Shown piece after piece: positions 26,482-37,038 of a DNA stretch of 64,000 bases (positions are counted from its first letter, which is position 1; every line of letters starts with the position of its first letter). The notes beneath the pieces are model-generated. The model had not been told where the DNA came from, searched no databases, and saw only the letters and a program-made list of their open reading frames with translations. The stretch spans positions 1-64,000 of IMG/VR virus record IMGVR_UViG_3300032271_000867, one strand, 5' to 3'. The translations under genes were made by a program, and so were the position numbers. The stretch comes from a virus.

Positions 26482-27132
26482 TTATGCTACAGCTTTAGCA
26501 ACATCCATCAGCTCTTGACGAGTTGACATACGAACTACTGAGGAATCATACGGAATTGCGTTAGCAACCATTTCATTAACATCATCAATGTCAATGTCCC
26601 ACTCTTCGGCAAGGTCGGTTGCACGGACACGTTCGAGGGTATACGTTGTCTGTGGGCCGGTACCTTGACGAGAAATTGACCAGCAGTGCTTTGTTAGCGG
26701 ACCACGACGTGGGTCGTCATTTGCTGCACGAAGCTGACGGGCCAAAGTTGAAGAAGCAGTCAATACTTGTACAGTAGGAGTTTCATCCGAAATTACAATA
26801 ATATTGAACGCAAACTTACCACGTGGTTTGAGGTAAGCTATGTGGCATAGAGGGCACTCTACGCCTAAACAAACAAATGATTTTTTACCCTCACGCTCTA
26901 CCCAGTGCGACTCATACGACATAAATGGCGCATCTTCTAGGAAGCGGATAAGTTGAGTTTCCTCACTGATCTTAAAGTCAGTAGGATAATCACCTGATTG
27001 AGCCTTTGGTTTGAGAAGAGCATCAGCTGCTCCCCAACCTGCTTGAACGGTGGTTCCATGTTTTGGCGTTACGTCTGCATCATCGTCTACTAGGTAGTCG
27101 TTGACATTGACAGTTGGATTGGCAATTGCCAT
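26482..27132 (-). CDS. single-stranded DNA-binding protein (T4 gp32-like)
   Basis: LIRFLED...HWV...CLGVECPLC...ISRQGTGPQTTY; AAAGGA RBS before MAIANP. Confidence 0.7.
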   Translation of the reverse strand: MAIANPTVNVNDYLVDDDADVTPKHGTTVQAGWGAADALLKPKAQSGDYPTDFKISEETQLIRFLEDAPFMSYESHWVEREGKKSFVCLGVECPLCHIAYLKPRGKFAFNIIVISDETPTVQVLTASSTLARQLRAANDDPRRGPLTKHCWSISRQGTGPQTTYTLERVRATDLAEEWDIDIDDVNEMVANAIPYDSSVVRMSTRQELMDVAKAVA

Positions 27133-27199
27133 TGTATCGTTTCCTTTTATATAGTCAGAGATTAACACTCTGTATTGGCATGAGGCTTTTCAGCTCTCG

Positions 27200-27679
27200 T
27201 TATTTATTATACACTACTTCTGACCATTGTTTTTCAATGGCTTTAGTCAGATCTTCGTGTTTTTTCCACTCTACACGAGCAGAACCTAATAAATTACGTT
27301 TTTCAAATTCTTCAATTGCAATTTCAATTAGTTCTCGTGTATAAACACGATTTCCACTAACTTTTTTTTCATTTAAAATTTTTGAACGTAATCTATAGGG
27401 AGAAGCAGGAATATAACCTTTTTTCTCCCATAAACGGATAGTAACTATTTGTTTTTCTAATGCTAATGCTAATGCACTAATTGTAAACATTTCGGTTTCT
27501 ACACCATTTAGAATTTTTTTGATTGGATTTTCATCCCAACCATTTGATTCATTTAGAATTTTAGCACGTCTTTTTTTAGATAAATCTGTTGGATCTTTGC
27601 GTTTTTGCTTAGATCCTGGAACGTATTCTAAATCTTCAAATGCTTTTAAAATTTCTTCTTGACTTCTAATTCCAGTCAA
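27200..27679 (-). CDS. MerR-like HTH DNA-binding protein
   Basis: MFTISALALALEKQIVTIRLWEKKGYIP...RVYT. Confidence 0.75.
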   Translation of the reverse strand: MTGIRSQEEILKAFEDLEYVPGSKQKRKDPTDLSKKRRAKILNESNGWDENPIKKILNGVETEMFTISALALALEKQIVTIRLWEKKGYIPASPYRLRSKILNEKKVSGNRVYTRELIEIAIEEFEKRNLLGSARVEWKKHEDLTKAIEKQWSEVVYNK

Positions 27680-27680
27680 T

Positions 27681-28118
27681 TTATTTCTTCTTAGTTACTA
27701 GTGCCCAAGTTTCTTTAATAGGGAACATCCTATCAACTTCAGTTTCAGTGAGCTTATCTTCATATAATGCAGACATAATTGCTTGTTCGTCAATTACCCG
27801 GATTGTTTTGTATAGAAGATCTTCTAATCCTTTTTCAGCAATTAATTCATCAGCAACAGTCTCATCAATTTTACGGCTAACTCTACGTTGCTTTTCAATA
27901 CGAACAATTCCAGCTACTGCACTTGGAAGTTGATATTTCCAACCACTTAGATCTTCTTCGCCTTCATTTTCAATTTGTTCAATAATTTTATCACGAAGAA
28001 GTTTGGCCCTTTCTTCTAGGGCATCAATTGAAGTTTTCAATTTAGCAAATTCTGCAACTTGACTATTAAAATCATTTGGATTTGAAATGCGTGGTTCTTC
28101 ATCGGCTATTCTTGCCAT
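27681..28118 (-). CDS. coiled-coil protein (Gam/Gp157-like)
   Basis: N-terminal coiled coil, IDE..I C-terminal pattern; weak similarity. Confidence 0.5.
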   Translation of the reverse strand: MARIADEEPRISNPNDFNSQVAEFAKLKTSIDALEERAKLLRDKIIEQIENEGEEDLSGWKYQLPSAVAGIVRIEKQRRVSRKIDETVADELIAEKGLEDLLYKTIRVIDEQAIMSALYEDKLTETEVDRMFPIKETWALVTKKK

Positions 28119-28128
28119 TTTGTACTCC

Positions 28129-29703
28129 TTATTGTTGGTTTAAATTGTTGCTCAAAAAGTCTATCAGACTTCCTGCAGTAAAATCAATTCCGCCTTTGTC
28201 GTTAATTCCGACTCCATCAAGTATTGCTCCTGCAACTATTTTCTTTTGATTAAGCATATCATATTGTCTTTGCTCTATTGAATTTTTGATCAGTATGTCT
28301 TGAATGGTAATTGTTGGCCATTCACTTGATGTTCTGTTAATCCTACCATTACGTTGAACAGCAAGTCCGGCAGACCAAGGTTGGTCATAATTTATTAAAA
28401 GGTTAGCTTGGGGTAGATCAACACCATATCCACCAGCATCACTACTAATAAGAACACGAGTATCAATATTAGATTGAAAATCAAGTTTTGCAACTTCTTT
28501 TTCTTTGGCATTCATTTCCCCTGTGTACATTACTGAACTAATACTACTGTCTTTAAACTCCATAAATAATTGAGTTACACTCCACAAATAAGAAGAAAAA
28601 ATAACTACCTTATATTTTGGATCAATGCTTAAATGATCTTTAACATATTGTACTACTGCATCTTGCTTTACTTTTTTAGTTATGTCTTCTAATTTATCAC
28701 CTAAAGAAGAGATATAGGCACTTCCTTTTCCCGTATGATTGTCAAACATTTTTTTACTAACTTGTAAAATTGCCGGGTTACTGCACAGCATCCGTAAGGC
28801 TGTAATTCTTGACATTATTTGTCCCCGCATCTCGTTAGCCGGGTCATTTAGGTCTCTAGATTGGCCGTAATGGGCAGCAATGCTAAAGTTTGTTCCGAAT
28901 GTATCTCTGGCTTCTATTAGCAGCTCTATAAGGTCAGAGACAATAAAGTTGTATAGTTTTTGACTCTTTGAATCTAATGAGATTAATAGTGGTTCACGAT
29001 AAACTGCATCCGGTAAGTAAGGTTTTACATCTTCATCATTTTGAGATTTGCGTACTGAGTACGAAGAAACTTTAGAATGTAAAGTTGGAAGATTAACATA
29101 TCTATCTACTCCTCCAAATTGATTACGAATAATAAATGCTTTATCAAATAGATCAAATCTACCTAAAATTTTTGGATCTACAAACTGCATGATTGAGTAG
29201 ATTTCTTCAGGTCTGCCATTCTCAACTGGTGTGCCGGTCAGTGCAAATCTTACTGGAATCTTTTTAGAAAGTTCTTTTACTTTTTTAGCACGTTTGGCTT
29301 TGAATCCTTTAATAGCAGTTGCTTCATCACAAATGATGGCATCAAAGTCATGTTGTTTAATTATGTCCCAATCATTTACTATCTGTTCGTAGTTCATGAT
29401 TACATAATCATTTGATATAAGTTGTTGATATTGTTCTTTACGTTGCTTTGGATTTCCATCTATAACAATTGATGACGAATCACTGAATTTAACAATTTCT
29501 TTTTGCCATTGATATTTAAGTGAAGAAAGGCATAGGACAAGGACCGTTTTGGTCATCTTGCCTATGCCTCTTAGTTCTTCAATAGCTGCAATTGTCATAG
29601 GTGTTTTACCTAAACCCATTTCATATGCAACCAAAATATTCTTTTGTTTTACCATTTTTTCAACGGCTTCAACTTGGTAAGGTTTCAACGTTCCTTTGAA
29701 CAT
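28129..29703 (-). CDS. SNF2-family helicase
   Basis: LKPYQ, EMGLGKT, ICDEAT, LTGTPVEN, AGGYGVDL, QRNGRINR. Confidence 0.92.
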   Translation of the reverse strand: MFKGTLKPYQVEAVEKMVKQKNILVAYEMGLGKTPMTIAAIEELRGIGKMTKTVLVLCLSSLKYQWQKEIVKFSDSSSIVIDGNPKQRKEQYQQLISNDYVIMNYEQIVNDWDIIKQHDFDAIICDEATAIKGFKAKRAKKVKELSKKIPVRFALTGTPVENGRPEEIYSIMQFVDPKILGRFDLFDKAFIIRNQFGGVDRYVNLPTLHSKVSSYSVRKSQNDEDVKPYLPDAVYREPLLISLDSKSQKLYNFIVSDLIELLIEARDTFGTNFSIAAHYGQSRDLNDPANEMRGQIMSRITALRMLCSNPAILQVSKKMFDNHTGKGSAYISSLGDKLEDITKKVKQDAVVQYVKDHLSIDPKYKVVIFSSYLWSVTQLFMEFKDSSISSVMYTGEMNAKEKEVAKLDFQSNIDTRVLISSDAGGYGVDLPQANLLINYDQPWSAGLAVQRNGRINRTSSEWPTITIQDILIKNSIEQRQYDMLNQKKIVAGAILDGVGINDKGGIDFTAGSLIDFLSNNLNQQ

Positions 29704-30670
29704 AGGCAGGTTCTCCGAGTAGTGAGGATTGAGAGTTTTCAATGCCCCAACGGATCTCTTCACTTGTCATTTCGCCAGGGTCTTTTGCACTACTACTACC
29801 ATAATTGAAAAAGAATAGATTTAAATTGTATTTACGTGCTAATTTTAGTATTTCTTTACTAGCTTTATTACCGGCTGCATCATTGTCAAAAGCTACGATT
29901 ACTTTTTGTGAGTATCGGAGAAGTCTGATCTGTTCTTCACTAACACTACTGCCACAAATAGCAACAGCACCGACCACGCCGACAGAATACAAGCGAAGGC
30001 AATCCAAAGGGGATTCCACGACAATAGTGCACAATTCATTTTGATTCTCGATTCCAAATAGTGTTTTTGATTTTTGTAGTCCAGCTGGGCGGTTCATAAA
30101 GGTACGGTTTATTGTACCTTTTTCTTGCCAACCCATTAGGTTATTAAAGTGAGGTTCTCTAAGAGGTAGGATCCAATTTTTCTTTACTGAATCCCATAGT
30201 ACTCCATAAACCTGTGCAGATTCTAAAGTTATGTTTCTTTTGTCTAGTTCATCTTGTGAAGGATCAACAAATATTGCAAGTCTAGCTTCTGACATAGGAA
30301 CTGGTTTTGGTAACTCATGTATGTACGTAGGAATGTTTGCTAATCTTTCAGCCAATACTTCCATAGAAACTTCTGCTACAGTTTTTAGCCATTCTTCCGC
30401 TGTCTTGTAATCATAGTCGTAACTATCATTCCAAGATGGCAGATAAAATCCTTGTACATCACAAATTAAATGTAAAAGATTTCCCTTGTAACCACAAGAA
30501 AAACATATATGCATTCCTGTATCAAGATTAATCCACCAGGATGGTGAATGGTCTTGTTTTCCTACATTTTTAATGTGTCCGGGACAGAGTGCATTTGCTT
30601 CATGGCCATTTGTTTGAAATAATACCCCTAATGCTTCAAGTACTAGTTCAATATCTGAGTCAAACATCAT
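29669..30670 (-). CDS. dnaG: DNA primase (CHC2 zinc finger + TOPRIM)
   Basis: CPGH...CFSC, VVESPLD, FDNDAAG, KDPGE. Confidence 0.9.
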   Translation of the reverse strand: MMFDSDIELVLEALGVLFQTNGHEANALCPGHIKNVGKQDHSPSWWINLDTGMHICFSCGYKGNLLHLICDVQGFYLPSWNDSYDYDYKTAEEWLKTVAEVSMEVLAERLANIPTYIHELPKPVPMSEARLAIFVDPSQDELDKRNITLESAQVYGVLWDSVKKNWILPLREPHFNNLMGWQEKGTINRTFMNRPAGLQKSKTLFGIENQNELCTIVVESPLDCLRLYSVGVVGAVAICGSSVSEEQIRLLRYSQKVIVAFDNDAAGNKASKEILKLARKYNLNLFFFNYGSSSAKDPGEMTSEEIRWGIENSQSSLLGEPAYVQRNVETLPS

Positions 30671-31914
30671 ACACTCCAGGGAGTGCAATATTTGCAAGAG
30701 TTACGCTCTGAATCATCATGAAAACATCCTAGATCCCATCGCCAAGTAATTTGTGTTTCAGTTGGTTGACAGTTTCGTGATTGAACAATCTTTAGCACTC
30801 GTAATTGATCATCTTCTTCAATTGGTTCTAGACCAAGAATTACATCAGAATCTTGGAAAAATGATGATGAATAACCAATAGAGTCTGCTGTTACTTTTCC
30901 ACCTTTCATCTTCCACAAAAGAGTTTGGGTAGTAATAACGACAGGAATATTTAAGCGTTGTGCAACACGTTTTAGTCCACGAGTAATATTTGTAATAGCT
31001 TGTGGAGTATTAGCATCACCAGTTTGTTGGTCAATCATTAAATACACACCATCAATAAATAGTATGTCTGGTTTTAATTGGTCTGCTTTAGCTACTAATG
31101 CGTCAATTGTCAATCCATTTACAGCATCTACAAAATGAAATGGTTTGCGTTCTTTTAATTTGTCAATAAATTCAAGAAGTCTATCTTCTTCTGTACCTTT
31201 TAATGTTCCTAGCCTAAGACGTTGTGCAGATAGATTAGCGCCCATAGACATAAAACGCTGGGTTTGTTCGTGGTTATTCATCTCAAATGACTGAAACATT
31301 GGAACTAATCCGGCTTCATGTACGTTAGCTGCAATTCGCAAAGCAATCTGTGATTTTCCAGTTTTAGGGGGAGCAATGAGAGTAATCAACTGACCACCTT
31401 GTAAACCTGCAGTTGCATCATCAATTACTTTAAATCCAGTAGGTACTCCTAGCAAAACTGAGTTTTGTCGTTGCTCGTACTCTACAAAAAATGCATCAGG
31501 ATCTTTTGTAATATCAATGTGGGTAGTGCCAATTACACCTTGCTCATTTACTGTTGAAACTACTTTAGACATTTCAACTAGAGCAGATTCATGATCATTG
31601 TCAGTCATTAATTTGACTACATCTTGTACACCGTTACGAGTAATTCGATTGCGGGTATACTCAACCATTTTATCAAGAAGATAATCAAGTGAATCTTCTA
31701 CATTAATAATTTTAAAATTAGGAAAGTTATCTTTAACTGCCGCTGAAGATGGGACTTCTTGATATTTAATATTGTGTTCACGAATAAATTTCCAAACACG
31801 ACGTAGATCATCATCAATGATCCAGTCATCTTTGACACCTCGTTCAATTACGGTGTTAATGTTTTTGTCAGTAATTACTTTACTAACTAGTCTGTGTTCG
31901 TTATCGTAGGCCAT
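30667..31914 (-). CDS. dnaB: DnaB-like replicative helicase
   Basis: VPTGFKVID..TAGLQ, APPKTGKS, SFEM, LFIDGVYL, QDSDVI. Confidence 0.92.
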   Translation of the reverse strand: MAYDNEHRLVSKVITDKNINTVIERGVKDDWIIDDDLRRVWKFIREHNIKYQEVPSSAAVKDNFPNFKIINVEDSLDYLLDKMVEYTRNRITRNGVQDVVKLMTDNDHESALVEMSKVVSTVNEQGVIGTTHIDITKDPDAFFVEYEQRQNSVLLGVPTGFKVIDDATAGLQGGQLITLIAPPKTGKSQIALRIAANVHEAGLVPMFQSFEMNNHEQTQRFMSMGANLSAQRLRLGTLKGTEEDRLLEFIDKLKERKPFHFVDAVNGLTIDALVAKADQLKPDILFIDGVYLMIDQQTGDANTPQAITNITRGLKRVAQRLNIPVVITTQTLLWKMKGGKVTADSIGYSSSFFQDSDVILGLEPIEEDDQLRVLKIVQSRNCQPTETQITWRWDLGCFHDDSERNSCKYCTPWSV

Positions 31915-31935
31915 TTGGTTTTCCTCTAATTTGGT

Positions 31936-32355
31936 TTAAAAGGTTGTGTGCAGTTCTTTTCCGTAAGAACCATATCTAGTAATTCTTTTTGGAGTATCTA
32001 CTATACACAAAAGGTTTATTCTATATGGTAATTCAAAAACTAGATCATCTACACTATCGTATATTTCTGTGTAGTTAACAGGGTTTCCCCCTTTACGTTC
32101 TAGCTTGTCCATTATTTCATCTAGTAATTCCTGCGTCCATTGATCATTTGCAAAAGCAACTAGTTCTACTGATAATCCAAATCGGTTTGCCTGTCTCCAA
32201 AGTTCAGAAATAGCAACACTATTTGGTGTTTTTAATTTTCTTTGTTCAGTTTTTTTAAATAAAGTTTTTTTTATTTCAATTTCAGAATTCCAGATAACAT
32301 CTGCATGAATAATTAATCTTCTTGGTGTTTCATTTGAAATATCTCCATTTTTCAT
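31936..32355 (-). CDS. hypothetical protein
   Basis: 139-aa ORF in the replication operon. Confidence 0.65.
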   Translation of the reverse strand: MKNGDISNETPRRLIIHADVIWNSEIEIKKTLFKKTEQRKLKTPNSVAISELWRQANRFGLSVELVAFANDQWTQELLDEIMDKLERKGGNPVNYTEIYDSVDDLVFELPYRINLLCIVDTPKRITRYGSYGKELHTTF

Positions 32356-32660
32356 TCTATTACTTCTACAATTCCATATTTTAAAATTAATTGTCTAAAT
32401 GCTTTTGAATTAGTTTGTGCTTGAAAAATTTCATCATTAGGAACATCTTCTGGTAAAATGACTGTCAAACTTCCATTTTGTCTTTTTATTTGATTTTTCA
32501 TAAAAGTAATATGAGAACAATTTCCTTCATTAGAAAATATTTTACAAGTACATCTCATATAACTTTTGTTTCCAGCATTTACCTCTATTTCTGAAACGCC
32601 TTTTGGTCCTAGAAAAAATTGAATGGTACGCCAATCATCCTCCATAGTGAATCCTTCCAT
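32352..32660 (-). CDS. SWIM zinc-finger protein
   Basis: CTC.....(x)CSHI. Confidence 0.7.
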   Translation of the reverse strand: MEGFTMEDDWRTIQFFLGPKGVSEIEVNAGNKSYMRCTCKIFSNEGNCSHITFMKNQIKRQNGSLTVILPEDVPNDEIFQAQTNSKAFRQLILKYGIVEVIE

Positions 32661-32661
32661 A

Positions 32662-33384
32662 TCAACGTTTTCTCAAATCGGCTGTATCTAATTGTACACG
32701 AGTAAATGCTTCACGAACAAAACTTCCCATCGCATCTCCGTACTGTGCTGCCCAGCGATCTCTTGGAACGTTAGTTGTAACAATTGTGGGAAGTGCACGG
32801 TCATAACGAGCTCTTAGTAGTTCATCAAATGATGTGTCATCATACTTTGAACCATACTCTTTTCCTAGATCATCTAATATAAGAACACGAACATTTAGAG
32901 TATCATCTTTAGCACGTCCGTGTAACCCTTCAAGTTCATGATGTAGTCGATATCTTTCATCTCCATCGGCACTCATTAGTGCTTTTTTCTTAGAAAGAAA
33001 ATCAGGAAATGTTTGATAATAAATTGGTCGAAAATGTGACCCAAAATCTTGTGCTTTAATTTTTAGAATATCACGAGTTTGCTCCACATCGTCAGGAAGC
33101 TGTCGAACAAATTCCATAGCAGCTACTACTGCGTGAGTTGTTTTACCCCGTCCCGGTGCACCATCAAACAATAGCCCTACTCCGGTGTCTTTAAGTCCAC
33201 CAATTCTTTTGATGATTTTTCCATCAAGTGCATCAGCAATCCATTCACTAATTTCATCGGCCCATTCACCAATGTCATCAATAATGTCTTGTGGTTCATA
33301 TCCCATAAATCTACTAGGGATATTTGAGTTATGAAGTAGCCAGGTTCTCTTAATTGCGGAAAGTGTTTGGATGTTGTATGTCAT
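32662..33384 (-). CDS. DnaC/IstB-like helicase loader ATPase
   Basis: IPSRF, GAPGRGKT, LILDDLGKE, RYDRALPTIVTTN. Confidence 0.88.
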   Translation of the reverse strand: MTYNIQTLSAIKRTWLLHNSNIPSRFMGYEPQDIIDDIGEWADEISEWIADALDGKIIKRIGGLKDTGVGLLFDGAPGRGKTTHAVVAAMEFVRQLPDDVEQTRDILKIKAQDFGSHFRPIYYQTFPDFLSKKKALMSADGDERYRLHHELEGLHGRAKDDTLNVRVLILDDLGKEYGSKYDDTSFDELLRARYDRALPTIVTTNVPRDRWAAQYGDAMGSFVREAFTRVQLDTADLRKR

Positions 33385-34339
33385 TTTTTTCTCCGATTGA
33401 TTTTTCATATATCTTTAGTTTTTCACGGCCACGCATTGAGTTATCAAACTTTTTTCCATCTGATGCAAATACGTAATCCAGTGGGATTGATTCTTCTGAG
33501 CTTACATCATCAAGTTTTAGATCTTCAACAACTTGAGTAACATTCTCAGTGATTGCTCTAAGAAATATACCATGAGCTTTTAATGGCATTTTTCTGATGG
33601 CATTTAGGTTTCTTTCATCAGAAAAAAACTTATCCATGATCTCTACTTCAATCAAAGCAGTGATTCCAAACTTAGCTCTATTTGCAGCTAATGCACCTCT
33701 GAGGTTTTTGGTATTAATTAACCCTGGAATGCCACGAATACGATCATAGGCTCTATAAGCAAACTCTGAGGCCGTGTCTGCTGCTGTCCATTCTTCGTGG
33801 GGCCGTTGATGTCTAGTTTTTGGGTCTCTTTTGCTTAGAGGTTTTTGTTTTTTAATTTTTTCTTCATCGAACAAACGTCCAAAACCACCCTCGTCCTCAT
33901 CCTCAGACCATCGATTAACCATGTGTTTTTCCTCTCTCGGGGCGGTAGCCCCCAATAAATACGAAGTATTTATTGCTTTAGTACTAATAGTAATAACTGT
34001 AGTATCAGTAATATTAGTAACTATATCAGTAGTACTTAGTACTTGGTTACTAGTAGATACATAGTCATGTGTTGATCGCTCATTAGTAAGCGTAATTAAA
34101 ACTTTGTAAATGTTGTAAGAATATTTTGCAAGATTGCGACGAGTACGGGTAGTTTGAAGATAGCCTTTTTGTTCTAGGCCCCTAAATCCTCTACGAAGAG
34201 AGGCAGTGCTATACCCAGTAAGTTTTGCTAATTCTTTGGTTGTAAGTTTTACGATGCCATTAGCATCCATTTTGCTCTGTAAAGCAAGAAGCGTCTTTAG
34301 CTCAACTGCAGCCAAAGACGCTAATATTGATTGATCCAT
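33350..34339 (-). CDS. winged-HTH replication initiator-like protein
   Basis: TTKELAKLTGYSTASLRRGFRGLEQKGYL, Thr-rich linker, directly upstream of the DnaC-like loader. Confidence 0.7.
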   Translation of the reverse strand: MDQSILASLAAVELKTLLALQSKMDANGIVKLTTKELAKLTGYSTASLRRGFRGLEQKGYLQTTRTRRNLAKYSYNIYKVLITLTNERSTHDYVSTSNQVLSTTDIVTNITDTTVITISTKAINTSYLLGATAPREEKHMVNRWSEDEDEGGFGRLFDEEKIKKQKPLSKRDPKTRHQRPHEEWTAADTASEFAYRAYDRIRGIPGLINTKNLRGALAANRAKFGITALIEVEIMDKFFSDERNLNAIRKMPLKAHGIFLRAITENVTQVVEDLKLDDVSSEESIPLDYVFASDGKKFDNSMRGREKLKIYEKSIGEKNDIQHPNTFRN

Positions 34340-34347
34340 AAGTAGTC

Positions 34348-34617
34348 CTAATAATATCTACGCTCCCTCGGTGAGGGAGTTGTAACTGTGATTGGTTTAT
34401 CCAATAGTAGCATAAGTGCAAGAGCTACAAAAGAAGAGGCAAATGGCAAAACAAAATCTAGGTGATATAGTAGAAAAATGCCAAGAAAAGAAAGTGGAAG
34501 GGTAAAAATTAATTTAACAATTTTTTTGCGAACAACTCTCTCTAATAAAGATACGAGTAACTCAGTAGTATACGCTACACCCATTCCAACTATGATTATA
34601 TAAATAATTAAATCCAT
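34348..34617 (-). CDS. small multi-TM membrane protein (holin candidate)
   Basis: About 3 hydrophobic segments, basic C-tail, last gene of the tail operon. Confidence 0.45.
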   Translation of the reverse strand: MDLIIYIIIVGMGVAYTTELLVSLLERVVRKKIVKLIFTLPLSFLGIFLLYHLDFVLPFASSFVALALMLLLDKPITVTTPSPRERRYY

Positions 34618-34629
34618 AATTTAAGTATA

Positions 34630-37038
34630 TTACACTATGCCCTTGCTATATACTCCAGACACAAGTTTAATGACATACGGAGTATTTGCAGGAAGTTGAT
34701 CTTTTAAATTAGCATTTAATCTAGAAAGTTTTATGTCCCTTGTTGTGTACAACATACTTGGAGAGTTTCCGGCAACTCCTGTAGTCCATACTCCGCCATA
34801 AGTAGACGCAATTGTTCCATCAAAATAATCTGTAGGAAAATTGCCGTATTCCATTTGTGCCATATCCAAATACAGAACTTGAGAAGCAGAAGTAGGATTA
34901 TTTAGTAAAGTAGATACTCCTACAGTAATTGTCGTATTTGCTGGGTCTATGTTTTCTGGAGTAGTAATTGACGAAAATTGTCTAGACCAAATATTGGTAA
35001 ATTTTCTTGTTCCATTTAAAGTGTCAATTGTTGTCCAAGTAGCAGAAACAGTTCCGCCAGTAGTTGCTGCAATTGTGCTTGAAGCTGTATTGTCAACGTA
35101 AGTAAGTGAGTTAGAAGCTGCTGTTGCTACTGTTGCAGTAGTGCTATATCCTGATCCAAATGATTGTATAGATATATTATCTCCAATTTTAAATGGGTGA
35201 GGATTTAAAAATCTAACAGTTACAATGTTATTTATTTTTTGTTTAGTTAAAACTGTAGATTGAGAACTTATACTAAAATAAATACTGTTATAGCTAACAT
35301 TAGTTACTGATCTACCATAGATAGAAAATGTATAAGTCTGAGTAGGAAGTACGTTTGAAATGCTAGTTTGTACTCTTGTTGCATAAGTTGTAGGAGATGC
35401 ATCACAAGTAACTGTAAGCATTTTAGTTCCTGAAATTGCTTGACCTAAAGTGGTATCTACTGCAGCATTTGAGATAGATACTGAAGTAGTTGCACCAGAA
35501 CTATTTATTTTATAACCATTCCAACTATTTGTGTTTAGTTCAAATGAAGGATTATAAAGAAAATTATTTTTATTTCCAAGTAATGTAATTATGATACCAT
35601 TTGCTTCATTAAAAGGCTGTAATGATGCTCCATTACTTACTTGAATCATATCTAAGTAAAATGTGCCAGTAACTAAAAATTTAAATCCTACTACGCAAAA
35701 TACGGCATTAGACGGAGAAGTAAAACTACTATTAGATCTGGTCCAACCAGTTGCTAATGAACTAACCGCAGTTCCTGTAACAGCACTTCCAATAATAACA
35801 CCGTATTGGTCATACCACTCTATAGATAATTGGATAGTATTTCCTGAAGGAGTGGTAGAATTTTTATGAAAAAAACTAAAATTATAAGCAGTACTTCCTG
35901 CAACAGGAATACCTTTTGTTTTTGGGCTGCTAGCGCCATTTTTTATGTAAGTATTGCTAGTTTTTACTGTTACTTTTCCACAATATTGAAGATCAACAGC
36001 CAAAGAAACATCTGACGGAAAACTTACAATAGTTGGAGTTACTACTGAGTTTTCAATATTAATTCCAATGTTACCTATAGCTTCCCAAAAACCAATAGAT
36101 TTGTTAAATGTACTATCCTGATTAGTAAGCATTAAATTAGGGCTATCAGATAATGTGGTTAAATATCCAGTTAAAGACTCTATATATGTTTGTAAAGCTG
36201 TATATGTACCTTTACGTTGGTAAATATACACAGCTTCTCTAATTAACGCTTTTCTATTTTTAAAAGGAAGAGTATTTTCAACGGGTAAACCCAAGCTTAA
36301 TTCAGCTGCATTAATTGAAAATGGATTAATATTTTTTTGTTCATAATTTGGAGCAATAAAATCCATATAAGTCATAAACTCGTCGTAAGTTAATGAAAAT
36401 CCTTTAAGAAATTTATATAGAGTTGACGTAGTATCAATTGGTTCTAAAGAACTTTGACCTGAAGTTGTAAATACTTTGGGAATACTCTCCATAAGTTTAT
36501 CTTGAGTAGAGATAGCTTGAATACCAGGTTGAACTCTATCAATAAGCCCGCTTAGTTCGTTTACACTTTGTGGAGTAGCTGATGCAGACACAGCATGACT
36601 TACCACAATGCTTTTATAATTTTTTGGAATTAATGTAAAAGTTTGTCCAGTAATTATCCAATTATTTGAAGAAGAACTTCTTGACCAAAGAGTGTAAAAA
36701 GCAAACTTACCAGGAATTAAAGAAACTTGATTAAAATCTGTAGGATATAAATAAAAGTTATCTAATCCATCTATAAACGAATTAATACTTGGTATTAAAG
36801 AATACTCTTCGTATAAAATAACTCCATCATCCTGTGTTTCTGAAAAATATTCTTGATTTCTAACTAGTCTAAAAGCATTAGATGCACCAGATGGTATATT
36901 CCAAGTAATTTTAACAAGTTCATACTCAATACACTCTGAAGTAACGGGGTTAGAGTTAAGTGGGCTAACAGTTAATTGGCCGTATTGTTGGCCCCCATTA
37001 ACTTGTGGGTTATATTTAAAACTACTGTATATTGGCAC
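34630..37038 (-). CDS. baseplate/tail protein (P2 gpI-like region plus carbohydrate-binding-like domains)
   Basis: AVYIYQRKGT motif, NPSFE CBM-like repeats; likely GTG start at 37038. Confidence 0.75.
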   Translation of the reverse strand: MPIYSSFKYNPQVNGGQQYGQLTVSPLNSNPVTSECIEYELVKITWNIPSGASNAFRLVRNQEYFSETQDDGVILYEEYSLIPSINSFIDGLDNFYLYPTDFNQVSLIPGKFAFYTLWSRSSSSNNWIITGQTFTLIPKNYKSIVVSHAVSASATPQSVNELSGLIDRVQPGIQAISTQDKLMESIPKVFTTSGQSSLEPIDTTSTLYKFLKGFSLTYDEFMTYMDFIAPNYEQKNINPFSINAAELSLGLPVENTLPFKNRKALIREAVYIYQRKGTYTALQTYIESLTGYLTTLSDSPNLMLTNQDSTFNKSIGFWEAIGNIGINIENSVVTPTIVSFPSDVSLAVDLQYCGKVTVKTSNTYIKNGASSPKTKGIPVAGSTAYNFSFFHKNSTTPSGNTIQLSIEWYDQYGVIIGSAVTGTAVSSLATGWTRSNSSFTSPSNAVFCVVGFKFLVTGTFYLDMIQVSNGASLQPFNEANGIIITLLGNKNNFLYNPSFELNTNSWNGYKINSSGATTSVSISNAAVDTTLGQAISGTKMLTVTCDASPTTYATRVQTSISNVLPTQTYTFSIYGRSVTNVSYNSIYFSISSQSTVLTKQKINNIVTVRFLNPHPFKIGDNISIQSFGSGYSTTATVATAASNSLTYVDNTASSTIAATTGGTVSATWTTIDTLNGTRKFTNIWSRQFSSITTPENIDPANTTITVGVSTLLNNPTSASQVLYLDMAQMEYGNFPTDYFDGTIASTYGGVWTTGVAGNSPSMLYTTRDIKLSRLNANLKDQLPANTPYVIKLVSGVYSKGIV

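Noticed and set aside
8859-31914. Inteins or introns in RNR, RecA, PolA, SNF2 or DnaB
   Set aside because: Protein lengths are normal, motifs are contiguous, and no splice-junction motifs were seen.
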